Shown: positions 30,801 through 39,118 of the stretch, piece after piece
How positions within the stretch are numbered: position 1 is the stretch's first letter
How the letters are laid out: each line of letters begins with the position of its first letter
Assembly: GCA_963740085.1 (NCBI GenBank)
Contig: CAVUCU010000004.1
Location: forward strand, 576,001 to 640,000
Source: Nitrospirota bacterium
GTDB lineage: Bacteria > Nitrospirota > UBA9217
Length of the DNA: 64,000 nt
Reading direction: 5' to 3'
The notes under the pieces: model-generated
What the model was told of the DNA's origin: nothing
Database searches by the model: none
Seen by the model: only the letters and a program-made list of their open reading frames with translations
Translations under genes and position numbers: made by a program

Positions 30801-31396
30801 GACAAGCGGAGTAACTCACGATTAGCCTGGTCCTGTTCGGGAATGCCGTTGTCCTGGAGCTCGAAGTAGAAGTTTTCAACGCCGAGGATAGCCTGGTATT
30901 CAAGGGCGGTTTTCTTTGCGTCGTCGTACCGCCCCTGAAGCAGGAGCTTGGGAATCTCTCCTGAAAGACATGCCGACATGCCGATAAGACCCTCAGAATA
31001 TTTCCTGAGGAGTTCCTTGTCGATTCGCGGCTTATAGTAAAAGCCCTCGAGGTATCCCGCGGTCACGAGTTTGACGAGGTTCTTATATCCGACCTTGTTC
31101 CGTGCCAGGAGAATGAGGTGATAGGAACTTTCTTCGTGTTGCCCTGCTGTGCCGGCTTTTTCAAAACGTGACCCGGGAGCCACATACATTTCGCAGCCGA
31201 TGATGGGTTTGATCCCGGCCTTGGTGGCCTTGAGATAGAAATCCAGGGCGCCGAACAGGTTGCCGTGGTCCGTGACGGCGATCGCGGGCATACGCAGTTC
31301 AACGGCTTTTTTGATCAGGTCATCGAGTGCGTTGGCGCCGTCAAGAAGGCTGTATTCGGTGTGGAGGTGGAGGTGGACGAAGTCGGCATGATGCAT
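27881..31396 (-). CDS. dnaE: DNA polymerase III alpha subunit
   Basis: PHP HLHLHTEYSLLDG, GRGSAAGS, PDIDVDF, YGFNKSH; no intein. Confidence 0.98.
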   Translation of the reverse strand: MHHADFVHLHLHTEYSLLDGANALDDLIKKAVELRMPAIAVTDHGNLFGALDFYLKATKAGIKPIIGCEMYVAPGSRFEKAGTAGQHEESSYHLILLARNKVGYKNLVKLVTAGYLEGFYYKPRIDKELLRKYSEGLIGMSACLSGEIPKLLLQGRYDDAKKTALEYQAILGVENFYFELQDNGIPEQDQANRELLRLSTDTGIPVVATNDCHYLNREDHKSHDALLCIQTGKTVKDANRMKFASETFYVKTPEEMKKSFADVPEAISNTVAIAERCNLELELGKYHLPHFPVPEGTTRESYMADLSRKGLEERFAEIEAVRGPGSIDREAYKKRLEFEIEMLGKMGFAGYFLIVWDFIRYAREKDIPVGPGRGSAAGSLVAYSLRITDLDPIPYNLLFERFLNPERISMPDIDVDFCMDRRDEVLKYVTEKYGQDHVTQIITYGTMLAKGVIRDVGRVLDIPYAEVDKVAKLVPNTLGITLEKAMEQEPKLKELKKDPRMAELIEIALHLEGQVRHASKHAAGVVISQEPLTEYLPLFKTPKDEIITQFDMKGVEKIGLVKFDFLGLRTLTVIDKAVKTINLRLSKAPLEHAERFDISRIPLDDAKTFELLSRGETAGIFQLESSGMRDIVIKMKPQCFEDIIALVALYRPGPLGSGMVDDFIKRKKGATKITYELPALEPILKETYGVIVYQEQVMQIARTLAGYSLGGADLLRRSMGKKDPEVMAKEKVPFLKGAEKQKINLKKAEAIFDLMAKFAEYGFNKSHSAAYALVSYQTAYLKYHFPVEYMAALLTSEVQDTDKVVKYINEVRQMSINILPPDVNQSMWDFTVTDSHDRDEVEPGSTIGSIRFGLAAVKNVGLSAIEAIVEGRQAKGPFTSLADFCQKVDQRRVNHRVIEALIKCGAFDDTGARRAQMMDGLDMLIDQGGKHQEQEAIGQFSIFDSMEGHKEIALPDVPEWKEGRLLAYEKESVGFYISGHPLAAFEADIKRYATATTETLETIPDGREVTICGVIAGLKPKMTKKNEKMAILSFEDLFGTIEVIIFPDLYRTAQHMLLTDTPLIVAGQLDKSEQGNKIKAMRLHLLTEVKKKGTTRMDIKLNSTGMTQDDLLKVKDILLRYQGSIPVYFRLQNPVRKESLISVGRDIRVNPNEQLITEIESVLGAGVVSLI

Positions 31397-31407
31397 AATA
31401 GTAAAGC

Positions 31408-31537
31408 AAGCTCCAAATTCCAAGCGCCAAATTACAAACAAAGTTCAAATACCAAATTCCAAATTCAAAACTGTTTGGTTATTGAGATTTGGTGATTGGT
31501 AATTATTTGTTTTTTGGAATTTGGTATTTGGAAATTT
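31408..31537. repeat. Long palindrome of 7-bp tandem units
   Basis: AAATTCC AAGCGCC AAATTAC ... AAATACC AAATTCC mirrored by GAATTTG GTATTTG GAAATTT. Confidence 0.8.
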
Positions 31538-31559
31538 CTCTTCCGCAAAACGGAAGAAA

Positions 31560-31635
31560 TGGAGGCGGCGATCGGATTTGAACCGATGAATGAAGGTTTT
31601 GCAGACCTCTGCCTTAGCCACTTGGCTACGCCGCC
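31560..31635 (-). tRNA. tRNA-Cys(GCA)
   Basis: GGCGGCG acceptor stem, anticodon loop CT-GCA-AA, TTCAAAT T-loop, encoded CCA. Confidence 0.95.
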
Positions 31636-31656
31636 GCATGTCAGTTATCACTTAGA

Positions 31657-31744
31657 AGTTTTGAGTTGGGAGTAAAAGAGATGAAGATACGAGTCGTGAG
31701 TTACGAGATGAGAAAGTTTAACTCCGAACTCCGAACTCAGCACT
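31657..31744. repeat. Palindrome of 7-bp units between two tRNAs
   Basis: AGTTTTG AGTTGGG AGT ... AACTCCG AACTCCG AACTCAG CACT. Confidence 0.6.
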
Positions 31745-31757
31745 TTGAACAAAAAAA

Positions 31758-31833
31758 TGGAGCGGGTGGCGGGATTCGAACCCGTGACCTCAACCTTGGC
31801 AAGGTCGCGCTCTACCAACTGAGCTACACCCGC
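31758..31833 (-). tRNA. tRNA-Gly(GCC)
   Basis: GCGGGTG acceptor stem, anticodon loop TT-GCC-AA, TTCGAAT T-loop, encoded CCA. Confidence 0.95.
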
Positions 31834-31880
31834 ATACGTCAGAACATACCCCAGAATGTTTTCTGCCGTTTGACTGGGCA

Positions 31881-31909
31881 AATATAACAAAGTGGTATTT
31901 CAATGTCAA
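31881..31909 (-). promoter_or_regulatory. Sigma70 promoter for tRNA-Gly/tRNA-Cys (possibly also dnaE)
   Basis: TTGACA-17-TATATT with extended -10 TG on the minus strand. Confidence 0.65.
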
Positions 31910-32044
31910 TAGAAAAGAATCTGAAAACAACTCAGGTGTATAGACTGAAGGGAGAAGGGTGTGAGAAAAATCAAGTTGAGATACTTCAATCATCAGCCTT
32001 CAGACTCAAGCAGGACCTACCTGTTACCCTGTTTATGTATCGGT

Positions 32045-34042
32045 CTACGGCGCTTCATCATGGATGAGCATCTCATCGGTTGAGACGCCGGTCTCATTGC
32101 AATACTGTCTCGGTTCTGTTCCCGGTAGAAAGGCCTCCCGAATGGACTGCTTGCAGGTTTCCGTGCTCAGCAGACCGGTCCGGGGATCGATCTGCTTGAA
32201 AAGAACGCCCTCGGGCGCTATAAAATCTTCGGGCGCCCGGTCGGCGAGCGCTTTTTTCATGAAATCGAGCCAGATAGGGAGGGCAGCGCGCGCTCCCGTT
32301 TCCCGGGGACCGATGCTCGTCTGGTTGTCGTGTCCGACCCAGACCCCGGTTACCAGGCTTGGTGTATATCCGATGAACCAGGCATCGCGGTAGTCGTTCG
32401 TGGTGCCCGTTTTGCCCGCCGCTGGCCTGCCGAGTTCCCGGGCCTTCCATCCCGTTCCCTGCTCGATCACTCCCCTGAGCAGATCGGTGGTGAGATATGC
32501 AATCTCCGGTTTGATGGCCTGCGTGGGAAGCGCATCGTTGGAATAGAGCACACGACCGGTGCTGTCGGTGATCGTCAGGATGGATATCGGTCCCATCCTG
32601 ATACCGTGATTGGCGAACACGGAGTAGACGGAGGTCAGTTCGGCAAGCGTCATGTCGGAACTGCCGAGAGCCAGCGATAAATAGGGGTTGAGAGTGCTTT
32701 TGATGCCGAGTTTTCTCGCATACCGGATAGTCTCGTCAATGCCGATCTTTTCAAGCAACCTGATCGTCGGCACGTTCAACGACTGGATGAGCGCCTTTCG
32801 AAGCGTTACCCTGCCCTGATAGGTCCGTGAAAAGTTCTCAGGCGACCAGTTATTGTTCCGGTCCAGCTTGATTGTGAGGGGTGAGTCGTCAAGCATATCG
32901 GAAGAACCAAAACCACGGTCAAGGGCCGCAGCATAGATGACCGGTTTGAAAGCCGAGCCGGGCTGCCGAAGTGCCTGCCACGCACGATTGAACTGGCTTT
33001 GACTGAAGTCCCGTCCGCCGACCATGGCCCGGATGCGGCCGCTTGCAGGTTCGACGGCAAGAAGAGCAGCCTGGAGCGGAGACTTGACGTGACGTTTATG
33101 GCGGGACTCGATGCTCAGGATACCGGCCGCCACTGCCTGCTCTGCGTACTTCTGCAGATCATCGTTGATGCTCGTATAGATGTTCAGCCCGCCGGAATAG
33201 AGGATGCTCGATCCAAAACGCTCTTCCACTTTCTGACGGACGTATTCGACGAAATAGGGCGCCGATCCGCCGGCTTTGAGCGCTTTCTGGACCGGCAGAG
33301 GTTCTTTCTTCGCCTCCTCCGCCTGCTCCCTGGAGATGGCGCCGCTTGCGACCATCCGGTTCAGGACATAGGCGCGCCTTCCCAGGGCGCTTTGCGGTGA
33401 TTTGAAAGGGGAATAGTATTTCGGGGTCCGGGGAAGACCCGCGAGGAGAGCGCACTCGGCGATGTCAAGATCCTTGGCGTATTTTCCGAAATAGATCCGG
33501 GCAGCCGCTTCAACGCCGTAGGCGCCGCTGCCAAAATAGATCTGGTTCAGATAAAGCGAGAGGATCTCCTGCTTGGTGTAACGCTGCTCGATCCTGAGCG
33601 CGAGGATCATTTCCTTGAACTTGCGCGAATAACTTCGTTCGGGGGTCAGGAAGAGCACCTTTGCGAGCTGTTGCGTCAGGGTGCTGCCGCCCTCAAGCAC
33701 TTTCCGAGCCGTGATATTACGGTACATGGCCCGGGCGATTCCGCGCGGGTCAAGCCCGCGATGGCTGTAGAACCTGGTGTCCTCGGTGGCAATCAGTGCC
33801 TTGATCAGCATATCGGGTACGTCCGAAAAGACAACGGGAGTACGGTTCTCAAGGTAGAACTCAGCAAGCAGTTTGTTGTTGTCGGAATAGACGCGGGAGG
33901 TGATGCTCGGTTTGTATTGTTCGAGAAGATTGATCTCGGGCAGATCCCAAAGTGAAAAGATGATAAATCCTGCGCCCCCGCCGATGAGCGCCGCGAAGAG
34001 AACCAGTAACAGGATAAGGATGAGAGATCTGCTTTTTTGCAT
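32045..34042 (-). CDS. mrcA: Class A penicillin-binding protein PBP1A
   Basis: TM anchor, EDTRFY, GGSTLTQQ, SAFK, SLN, KTG. Confidence 0.92.
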   Translation of the reverse strand: MQKSRSLILILLLVLFAALIGGGAGFIIFSLWDLPEINLLEQYKPSITSRVYSDNNKLLAEFYLENRTPVVFSDVPDMLIKALIATEDTRFYSHRGLDPRGIARAMYRNITARKVLEGGSTLTQQLAKVLFLTPERSYSRKFKEMILALRIEQRYTKQEILSLYLNQIYFGSGAYGVEAAARIYFGKYAKDLDIAECALLAGLPRTPKYYSPFKSPQSALGRRAYVLNRMVASGAISREQAEEAKKEPLPVQKALKAGGSAPYFVEYVRQKVEERFGSSILYSGGLNIYTSINDDLQKYAEQAVAAGILSIESRHKRHVKSPLQAALLAVEPASGRIRAMVGGRDFSQSQFNRAWQALRQPGSAFKPVIYAAALDRGFGSSDMLDDSPLTIKLDRNNNWSPENFSRTYQGRVTLRKALIQSLNVPTIRLLEKIGIDETIRYARKLGIKSTLNPYLSLALGSSDMTLAELTSVYSVFANHGIRMGPISILTITDSTGRVLYSNDALPTQAIKPEIAYLTTDLLRGVIEQGTGWKARELGRPAAGKTGTTNDYRDAWFIGYTPSLVTGVWVGHDNQTSIGPRETGARAALPIWLDFMKKALADRAPEDFIAPEGVLFKQIDPRTGLLSTETCKQSIREAFLPGTEPRQYCNETGVSTDEMLIHDEAP

Positions 34043-34049
34043 GGTGCGC

Positions 34050-34078
34050 ATTATAACTCTGGAGGCTGCAAAAAGCAA
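34050..34078 (-). promoter_or_regulatory. Sigma70 promoter of PBP1A (probably leaderless)
   Basis: TTGCTT-17-TATAAT, 7 nt before ATG 34042. Confidence 0.6.
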
Positions 34079-34285
34079 AGCCGATGAAGAAAAGATAATT
34101 CTCGAAACCGTTAACCCGCATGTCACGACGAAGATGAATTGAACGATGAAATTCGGTGTTTAAGCCGTGCTAATATTTTGAATTCGGCTTGACGGAACAG
34201 GCCAGGAAGTTGTCTTCTTCTCTTGAGTTTTGTCAGGCAAGATGCTATGATTCACCATCCCCGAGCGTGAACAAAGGAGGGAATT

Positions 34286-34816
34286 TTGCAAAAAGGACTG
34301 GTGATCGTTTTTACCGGTGAGGGCAAAGGAAAGTCGAGCGCAGCCCTGGGGATAACCCTTCGTGCTTACGGCCATAAAATGTCCGTATCCTTTGTGCAGT
34401 TCATAAAAAGCCCGTCTGACATCGGTGAGGCGCGGGCAGCCGAGCGGCTTGTACCCGAGATCGAATTTGTTTCGCTGGGCAAGGGCTTTGTAAACTGTTG
34501 CGGAAACACCACACCATTGGACGAACACAAAAGAGCGGCTACTGAAGCTTTGACAGCGGCTCGCCAGCGCATACATGCAGCTTCATGGGACATCGTGGTG
34601 CTCGACGAGATCAATAATGCGGTAAAACTCGACCTGGTAGACATCAAAGATGTCCTGGACCTTATCAGGAACAAACCGCCCGAGCTGCATTTGATCCTCA
34701 CCGGACGTGATGCGCATCCTGACATCATTGCTGCAGCCGACATGGTGACCGAAATGCGTGAACTCAAGCATCCCTATGATACAGGCGTACAGGCGCAAAA
34801 GGGGATCGACTATTAA
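34286..34816 (+). CDS. cobO: Cob(I)yrinic acid a,c-diamide adenosyltransferase (CobO/BtuR)
   Basis: TGEGKGKSSAALG, QFIK, LDEI, LTGR, KGIDY; TTG start with SD AAGGAGG. Confidence 0.93.
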   Translation: MQKGLVIVFTGEGKGKSSAALGITLRAYGHKMSVSFVQFIKSPSDIGEARAAERLVPEIEFVSLGKGFVNCCGNTTPLDEHKRAATEALTAARQRIHAASWDIVVLDEINNAVKLDLVDIKDVLDLIRNKPPELHLILTGRDAHPDIIAAADMVTEMRELKHPYDTGVQAQKGIDY

Positions 34817-34846
34817 AAGTCAACTAGTAAAAGTCAAATTGACTTT
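34815..34846. promoter_or_regulatory. Operator-like direct and inverted repeat overlapping the phoH -35
   Basis: AAAAGTCAA twice (14-bp period), then TTGACTTT; TTGACT-17-TAACAT. Confidence 0.45.
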
Positions 34847-34909
34847 GAATTTTCACCATGTTAACATAATATCCACGCGGGTTCCGCGAACCCGGTGCAG
34901 TGCTACCTC

Positions 34910-35884
34910 ATGAAAACCTTTGCCGTTAATCTGACCATAGAACATGAAAAGTCACTGCCAAGTCTCTACGGAGACCTGGATAAGAATCTGAGGCTGATCG
35001 AGAACACCTACGGAGTGGTCCTGCACGCAAGAGGCAACAGGATCCAGATCGAGGGCGAGGAGAAGGCAGTCTCGAAAGTCGAGCACCTTATCACCCAGCT
35101 TGCCGACATGCTTGCGCAGGGCATCATTTGTCAGAAGGATGACGTCAGAGACGCAATCCAGGCATATTCTTCCGATTCATCCGCTGCCTTGAAGGACATT
35201 TTTCAGAAAGCGGTTCCTGTCTCGAGCAGAAAGCGCCCTGTTACGCCCAAGAACGAAACCCAGCGAAGGTACATAGAATCCATCAGGCAATACGATATCG
35301 TGTTCGGCATCGGGCCGGCGGGTACGGGCAAGACCTATCTCGCCATGGCCACGGCGGTTTCCGCGCTCCTGCGGAGGGAGGTGAGCAGGATTATCCTGGT
35401 GCGCCCGGCCGTTGAGGCCGGCGAAAAGCTCGGGTTCCTTCCCGGAGACCTTTACGAAAAGATCAATCCCTATCTGCGTCCATTATACGACGCACTTTAT
35501 GACATGATCGAATCGGAAAAAGCGAACAAGCTCGTCGAGCGGGGGGACATTGAGATAGCCCCCCTGGCGTTCATGCGCGGACGAACGTTGAACGACTCCT
35601 TCATCATTCTGGATGAGGCACAGAACACGACCTCTGAACAGATGAAAATGTTCCTTACCCGCCTTGGCTTTAATTCTAAAACCGTTATCACGGGCGATAT
35701 CACCCAGGTCGACCTCCCGAGCGGCAGAGGATCGGGTCTCATCGAGGTGCAGAAAATCCTCGAGGGTATTGAAGATATACGGTTCGTCTATTTTACGAAT
35801 AAAGATGTGGTCCGCCACAAGCTGGTGCAGCAGATCATCAAGGCATACGAGCATTATGAGGCTGCGGATGATCAGCAACGATAA
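34910..35884 (+). CDS. phoH: PhoH-like ATPase
   Basis: GPAGTGKTYLA, RPAVEAGEKLGFLPGD, LDEAQN. Confidence 0.95.
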   Translation: MKTFAVNLTIEHEKSLPSLYGDLDKNLRLIENTYGVVLHARGNRIQIEGEEKAVSKVEHLITQLADMLAQGIICQKDDVRDAIQAYSSDSSAALKDIFQKAVPVSSRKRPVTPKNETQRRYIESIRQYDIVFGIGPAGTGKTYLAMATAVSALLRREVSRIILVRPAVEAGEKLGFLPGDLYEKINPYLRPLYDALYDMIESEKANKLVERGDIEIAPLAFMRGRTLNDSFIILDEAQNTTSEQMKMFLTRLGFNSKTVITGDITQVDLPSGRGSGLIEVQKILEGIEDIRFVYFTNKDVVRHKLVQQIIKAYEHYEAADDQQR

Positions 35885-37652
35885 ATCAGCGGCGAAACTC
35901 CTGACCAAGGACCAGGAACCCGACCATGACGAGTCCCCCGCGGGGATCCCTTTATCCATACGGATCGTTACGTCAGCCATCGCCCTTGTAACGGCGCTCA
36001 TTCTCGCCTTTGTGCTGCTCCCCCGGATGCCGCTGCTGGAACTGGGTGAGACCGCCGACCATGATATCGTTGCGCCCTATACTCTTTCTATAGAATACCC
36101 CGGTCCTGACCAAACAATATCGCTCCAGGTGAATAAGGGAGAGCTGATCGTCGGATCAGGACAACAGGTGACGGAACGTGCGGAACGCGTGCTCCGGGAA
36201 ATAGCCCACCGGGAAGGCATCGGCAACCGACTCTCTGCATACCTCGGTCTGTGCATGCTCATCCTTGCAGTTCTCTACCTGTTCTACCGCGACATCAAGC
36301 GGTATCGGCCTGCGCTCATTTCAGAATGGAAAAAGATCGTGTTGTTGGTCTGCCTGCTGCTCATGACGATCATCCTGTCGCAGTCAGGGAAATATGTGCT
36401 GTCGCTCCTGGCGGACAGGCTGCATCTCGATATCATGACGATCGGCTTCGTGCTTCCCGTGGCTTCAGGCGCCATGCTGACGAGCCTGCTGCTTGACTTT
36501 CATCTCGCCCTTGGTTTCTCGTTCGTCGTCAGCATCCTCCTCGGCATCCTGTACCCGGGGGAACCATTCATCCCGATCTATTACTTCCTCGGCAGCATCG
36601 TGGCGGCACTCAGCGTGATCCGGTGCAAGAAGCGGACAGCCCTGCTGAAGGCGGGAGGGATGACGGCGCTCATCAATCTGCTGGCCATCATCGGCATCGA
36701 CCTGTACCGGGGGGAGCTCTGGAACCGTGGTGCCTATGACCTTGCGGCGGGCATAGTCTGCGCAGTCGCCGTATCAACGGTCGTTTCGGTGTTGCTGCCG
36801 TTCTTTGAAACGGTGTTCGACATCGCGACGGACATCAAGTTATTGGAATTCCTGGACCCCAACCAGCCGCTTCTCAAAGAGCTGGTGTACAAGAGTCCGG
36901 GGACCTACTACCACAGTATTCTTATCGGGAACCTGGCCGAGGCTGCTGCCGAGGCCATCGGTGAGAACGCCATCCTTGCGCGGGTCGGCGCGTACTACCA
37001 TGATGTTGGGAAGACGCATAAGGCCGAGTATTTTATCGAGAACCAGCGGCCAACGGAGAACAAACACGACCGCCTCATGCCATCGATGAGCAGCCTGATC
37101 ATCGCTTCCCACGTCAAGGAAGGGATGGAGGTCGCGCGCGCGCACCGGATTCCGTCACAGATCGTCGATATCATTCAGCAGCACCATGGCACATCGCTGA
37201 TCACGTATTTCTATCAGAAGGCAAGAGAGCTTCAGCCCTTCACGCCTATCGCCGAGGAGGACTACCGTTATCCCGGGCCCCGTCCACGGACAAAAGTGGC
37301 CGCCATCGTCATGTTGGCCGACTCGGTCGAAGCCGCATCGCGGACCCTGGACAACCCGACACCCGATCGGATCCAGATGCTCACCAGCAGTGTCATCACC
37401 CGCTTCTACCTCGATGATCAGCTGAGCATGTGCGACCTGACGCTCAAGGATCTGCGGGTCATATCCAGGAGTTTTAATCGCGTCCTGACCGGCATCTTTC
37501 ATCACCGTATCGACTATCCCGGCATGGATTTCAGCGGAGAAAAGAAACAGAATGAACATCAGGATAACAAACAAACTGAGAAAAAGAAGGCTGCCGACAC
37601 CGTTTCTCAAGACAAGGCTCGAGAAGCTGCTCCGGAGCCTCGGTCTTCCTGA
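35868..37652 (+). CDS. 7TM-HD phosphohydrolase (PgpH-like cyclic-di-AMP phosphodiesterase family)
   Basis: PGTYYHS, YYHDVGK, YFIENQ, HHGT, YRYPGP, MLADSVEAASR; phoH-ybeY context. Confidence 0.88.
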   Translation: MISNDKSAAKLLTKDQEPDHDESPAGIPLSIRIVTSAIALVTALILAFVLLPRMPLLELGETADHDIVAPYTLSIEYPGPDQTISLQVNKGELIVGSGQQVTERAERVLREIAHREGIGNRLSAYLGLCMLILAVLYLFYRDIKRYRPALISEWKKIVLLVCLLLMTIILSQSGKYVLSLLADRLHLDIMTIGFVLPVASGAMLTSLLLDFHLALGFSFVVSILLGILYPGEPFIPIYYFLGSIVAALSVIRCKKRTALLKAGGMTALINLLAIIGIDLYRGELWNRGAYDLAAGIVCAVAVSTVVSVLLPFFETVFDIATDIKLLEFLDPNQPLLKELVYKSPGTYYHSILIGNLAEAAAEAIGENAILARVGAYYHDVGKTHKAEYFIENQRPTENKHDRLMPSMSSLIIASHVKEGMEVARAHRIPSQIVDIIQQHHGTSLITYFYQKARELQPFTPIAEEDYRYPGPRPRTKVAAIVMLADSVEAASRTLDNPTPDRIQMLTSSVITRFYLDDQLSMCDLTLKDLRVISRSFNRVLTGIFHHRIDYPGMDFSGEKKQNEHQDNKQTEKKKAADTVSQDKAREAAPEPRSS

Positions 37653-37989
37653 CGCCGAGTTGAGCGTTCTGTTCATCGGCGACCGGGCCATGCGCACGCT
37701 CAATCGCGCTTGGCGTAACAAGGACAAGCCCACTGACGTCCTGTCGTTCTCGCTGCGTGAGGGTCGCTTCCTCCATATTCAGCCTGACATGCTCGGCGAT
37801 ATTGTGATCTCCGTTCCGGTTGCAGCGCGCCAGGCGGATGAGGCAGGTCACTCTCTTGCCATTGAACTCGAACGACTGCTTGTTCATGGCCTGGTCCATT
37901 TGCTCGGCTACGATCATGAGAAAGGCATCAGGGAGGCCCGCGGAATGGAACGCAAGGAACGGCAGCTCCTGAAGAAGCTTGCCGAATGA
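37552..37989 (+). CDS. ybeY: rRNA maturation RNase YbeY
   Basis: KDKPTDVLSF, LGDIVIS, HGLVHLLGYDH. Confidence 0.96.
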   Translation: MNIRITNKLRKRRLPTPFLKTRLEKLLRSLGLPDAELSVLFIGDRAMRTLNRAWRNKDKPTDVLSFSLREGRFLHIQPDMLGDIVISVPVAARQADEAGHSLAIELERLLVHGLVHLLGYDHEKGIREARGMERKERQLLKKLAE

Positions 37990-38687
37990 AACCGAAGAAC
38001 TGGATACAGCGTGCCAACGTGGCGATCGAAGGGGTCATTCTTGCCGTCAAGACCCAGCGGCATATGCGCTACCATCTTTTTGCGGCGCTGTCGGCGCTGA
38101 TCCTTGGCCTTGTCCTGAACATTTCTCGAACTGATTTTATTCTGCTGTGCATGGCGATCGTGCTTGTTTTGGTCACCGAGATGCTGAACACCGCCATCGA
38201 GACGACGGTGGACATGATCTCCGAAGAATATCATCCCAAGGCGAAGAACGCCAAGGACATCGCCGCCGGCGTCGTGCTCATTGCCTCCATAGGGTCCTTA
38301 ATGCTCGCATATCTGATCCTGTACCCCGCGTTCAAAGAAGCCGTCATGGCGGGACACTGGCAAATGCGAAAGGCGCCGAGCGACGTTGTGGCTTTCGTTG
38401 CCCTTGCCGTTGTCATCATTTTGGTTATAATTTTCAAGGCCTTCCTCGGTAAGGGTGAGCCACTCCATGGCGGAATGCCGAGCGGTCATGCCGCAGTGTC
38501 CTTTTCCGTCTGGACTGCTGCGCTGTACCTTTCCGATTCGGTTCCGATCATTCTCCTGACCTTCCTGCTTGCCGTCATGGTGAGCTGGAGCAGATGGTCA
38601 TCGGGCATTCACCGGCCGATTGAGGTAATTGCCGGCGCAATGCTCGGTTTCGTGGTGACCTTTCTATTTTTCCGGCTGTTCACTTGA
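37986..38687 (+). CDS. dgkA: Diacylglycerol kinase fused to a PAP2-like domain
   Basis: EMLNTAIE, AKDIAAG; C-terminal GMPSGHAA, SR...H. Confidence 0.85.
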   Translation: MKPKNWIQRANVAIEGVILAVKTQRHMRYHLFAALSALILGLVLNISRTDFILLCMAIVLVLVTEMLNTAIETTVDMISEEYHPKAKNAKDIAAGVVLIASIGSLMLAYLILYPAFKEAVMAGHWQMRKAPSDVVAFVALAVVIILVIIFKAFLGKGEPLHGGMPSGHAAVSFSVWTAALYLSDSVPIILLTFLLAVMVSWSRWSSGIHRPIEVIAGAMLGFVVTFLFFRLFT

Positions 38688-38747
38688 TACGCGTGAATCC
38701 GCAGCAATTCGCGACGAATCCCGTTTATGTTTATCTCAGGAGGACAC

Positions 38748-39101
38748 TTGATCAAGCGTATACTGGACGACCTGGTAGCGGAGGGTAACGAGGTCCAGGC
38801 TGCGATCTTTCTGGATGGAGAAGGGGAGACCATTGGACAATCAGGAGACCTCGATATTGACATACAGCTGATCGGGGCGTGGAAAGAGATCCATCTCGAC
38901 CAGATCAAGGACATCAGCAAACGACTGAAGTTCGGAAAGGTGCACGCGGTATTGTTCTCGCTGGACAAGGGGCAGGAGCTGGTGGTCCCGGTAGCGGATG
39001 AGTATTGTTTGGTGCTTTTCCTGCCGGTTTACGCCAATTTCCGGATCGCCTTGATCAAGGCCAGGAGTACCGTTGAACGGTTGACAAAAGACATCAGCTG
39101 A
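38748..39101 (+). CDS. Roadblock/LC7-like (MglB-like) protein
   Basis: AAIFLDGEGETI and EYCLVL pattern; TTG start with SD AGGAGG. Confidence 0.6.
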   Translation: MIKRILDDLVAEGNEVQAAIFLDGEGETIGQSGDLDIDIQLIGAWKEIHLDQIKDISKRLKFGKVHAVLFSLDKGQELVVPVADEYCLVLFLPVYANFRIALIKARSTVERLTKDIS

Positions 39102-39118
39102 AACCGCCGAAAGCACTG

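Noticed and set aside
28145-30814. Long plus-strand ORFs (458 and 397 aa) opposite dnaE, and similar antisense ORFs elsewhere
   Set aside because: Shadow ORFs caused by codon bias; no motifs, and fully overlapped by clear genes
27881-31396. Intein or split dnaE
   Set aside because: Length of 1171 aa is normal; only short loop insertions are seen
31408-31744. CRISPR array interpretation of the periodic repeats
   Set aside because: Units are 7 bp with no unique spacers, and no cas genes are present
34859-34886. Second dif-like site (GTTAACATAA-TATCCA)
   Set aside because: Only a XerD-like arm with no XerC arm; explained as the phoH -10 region
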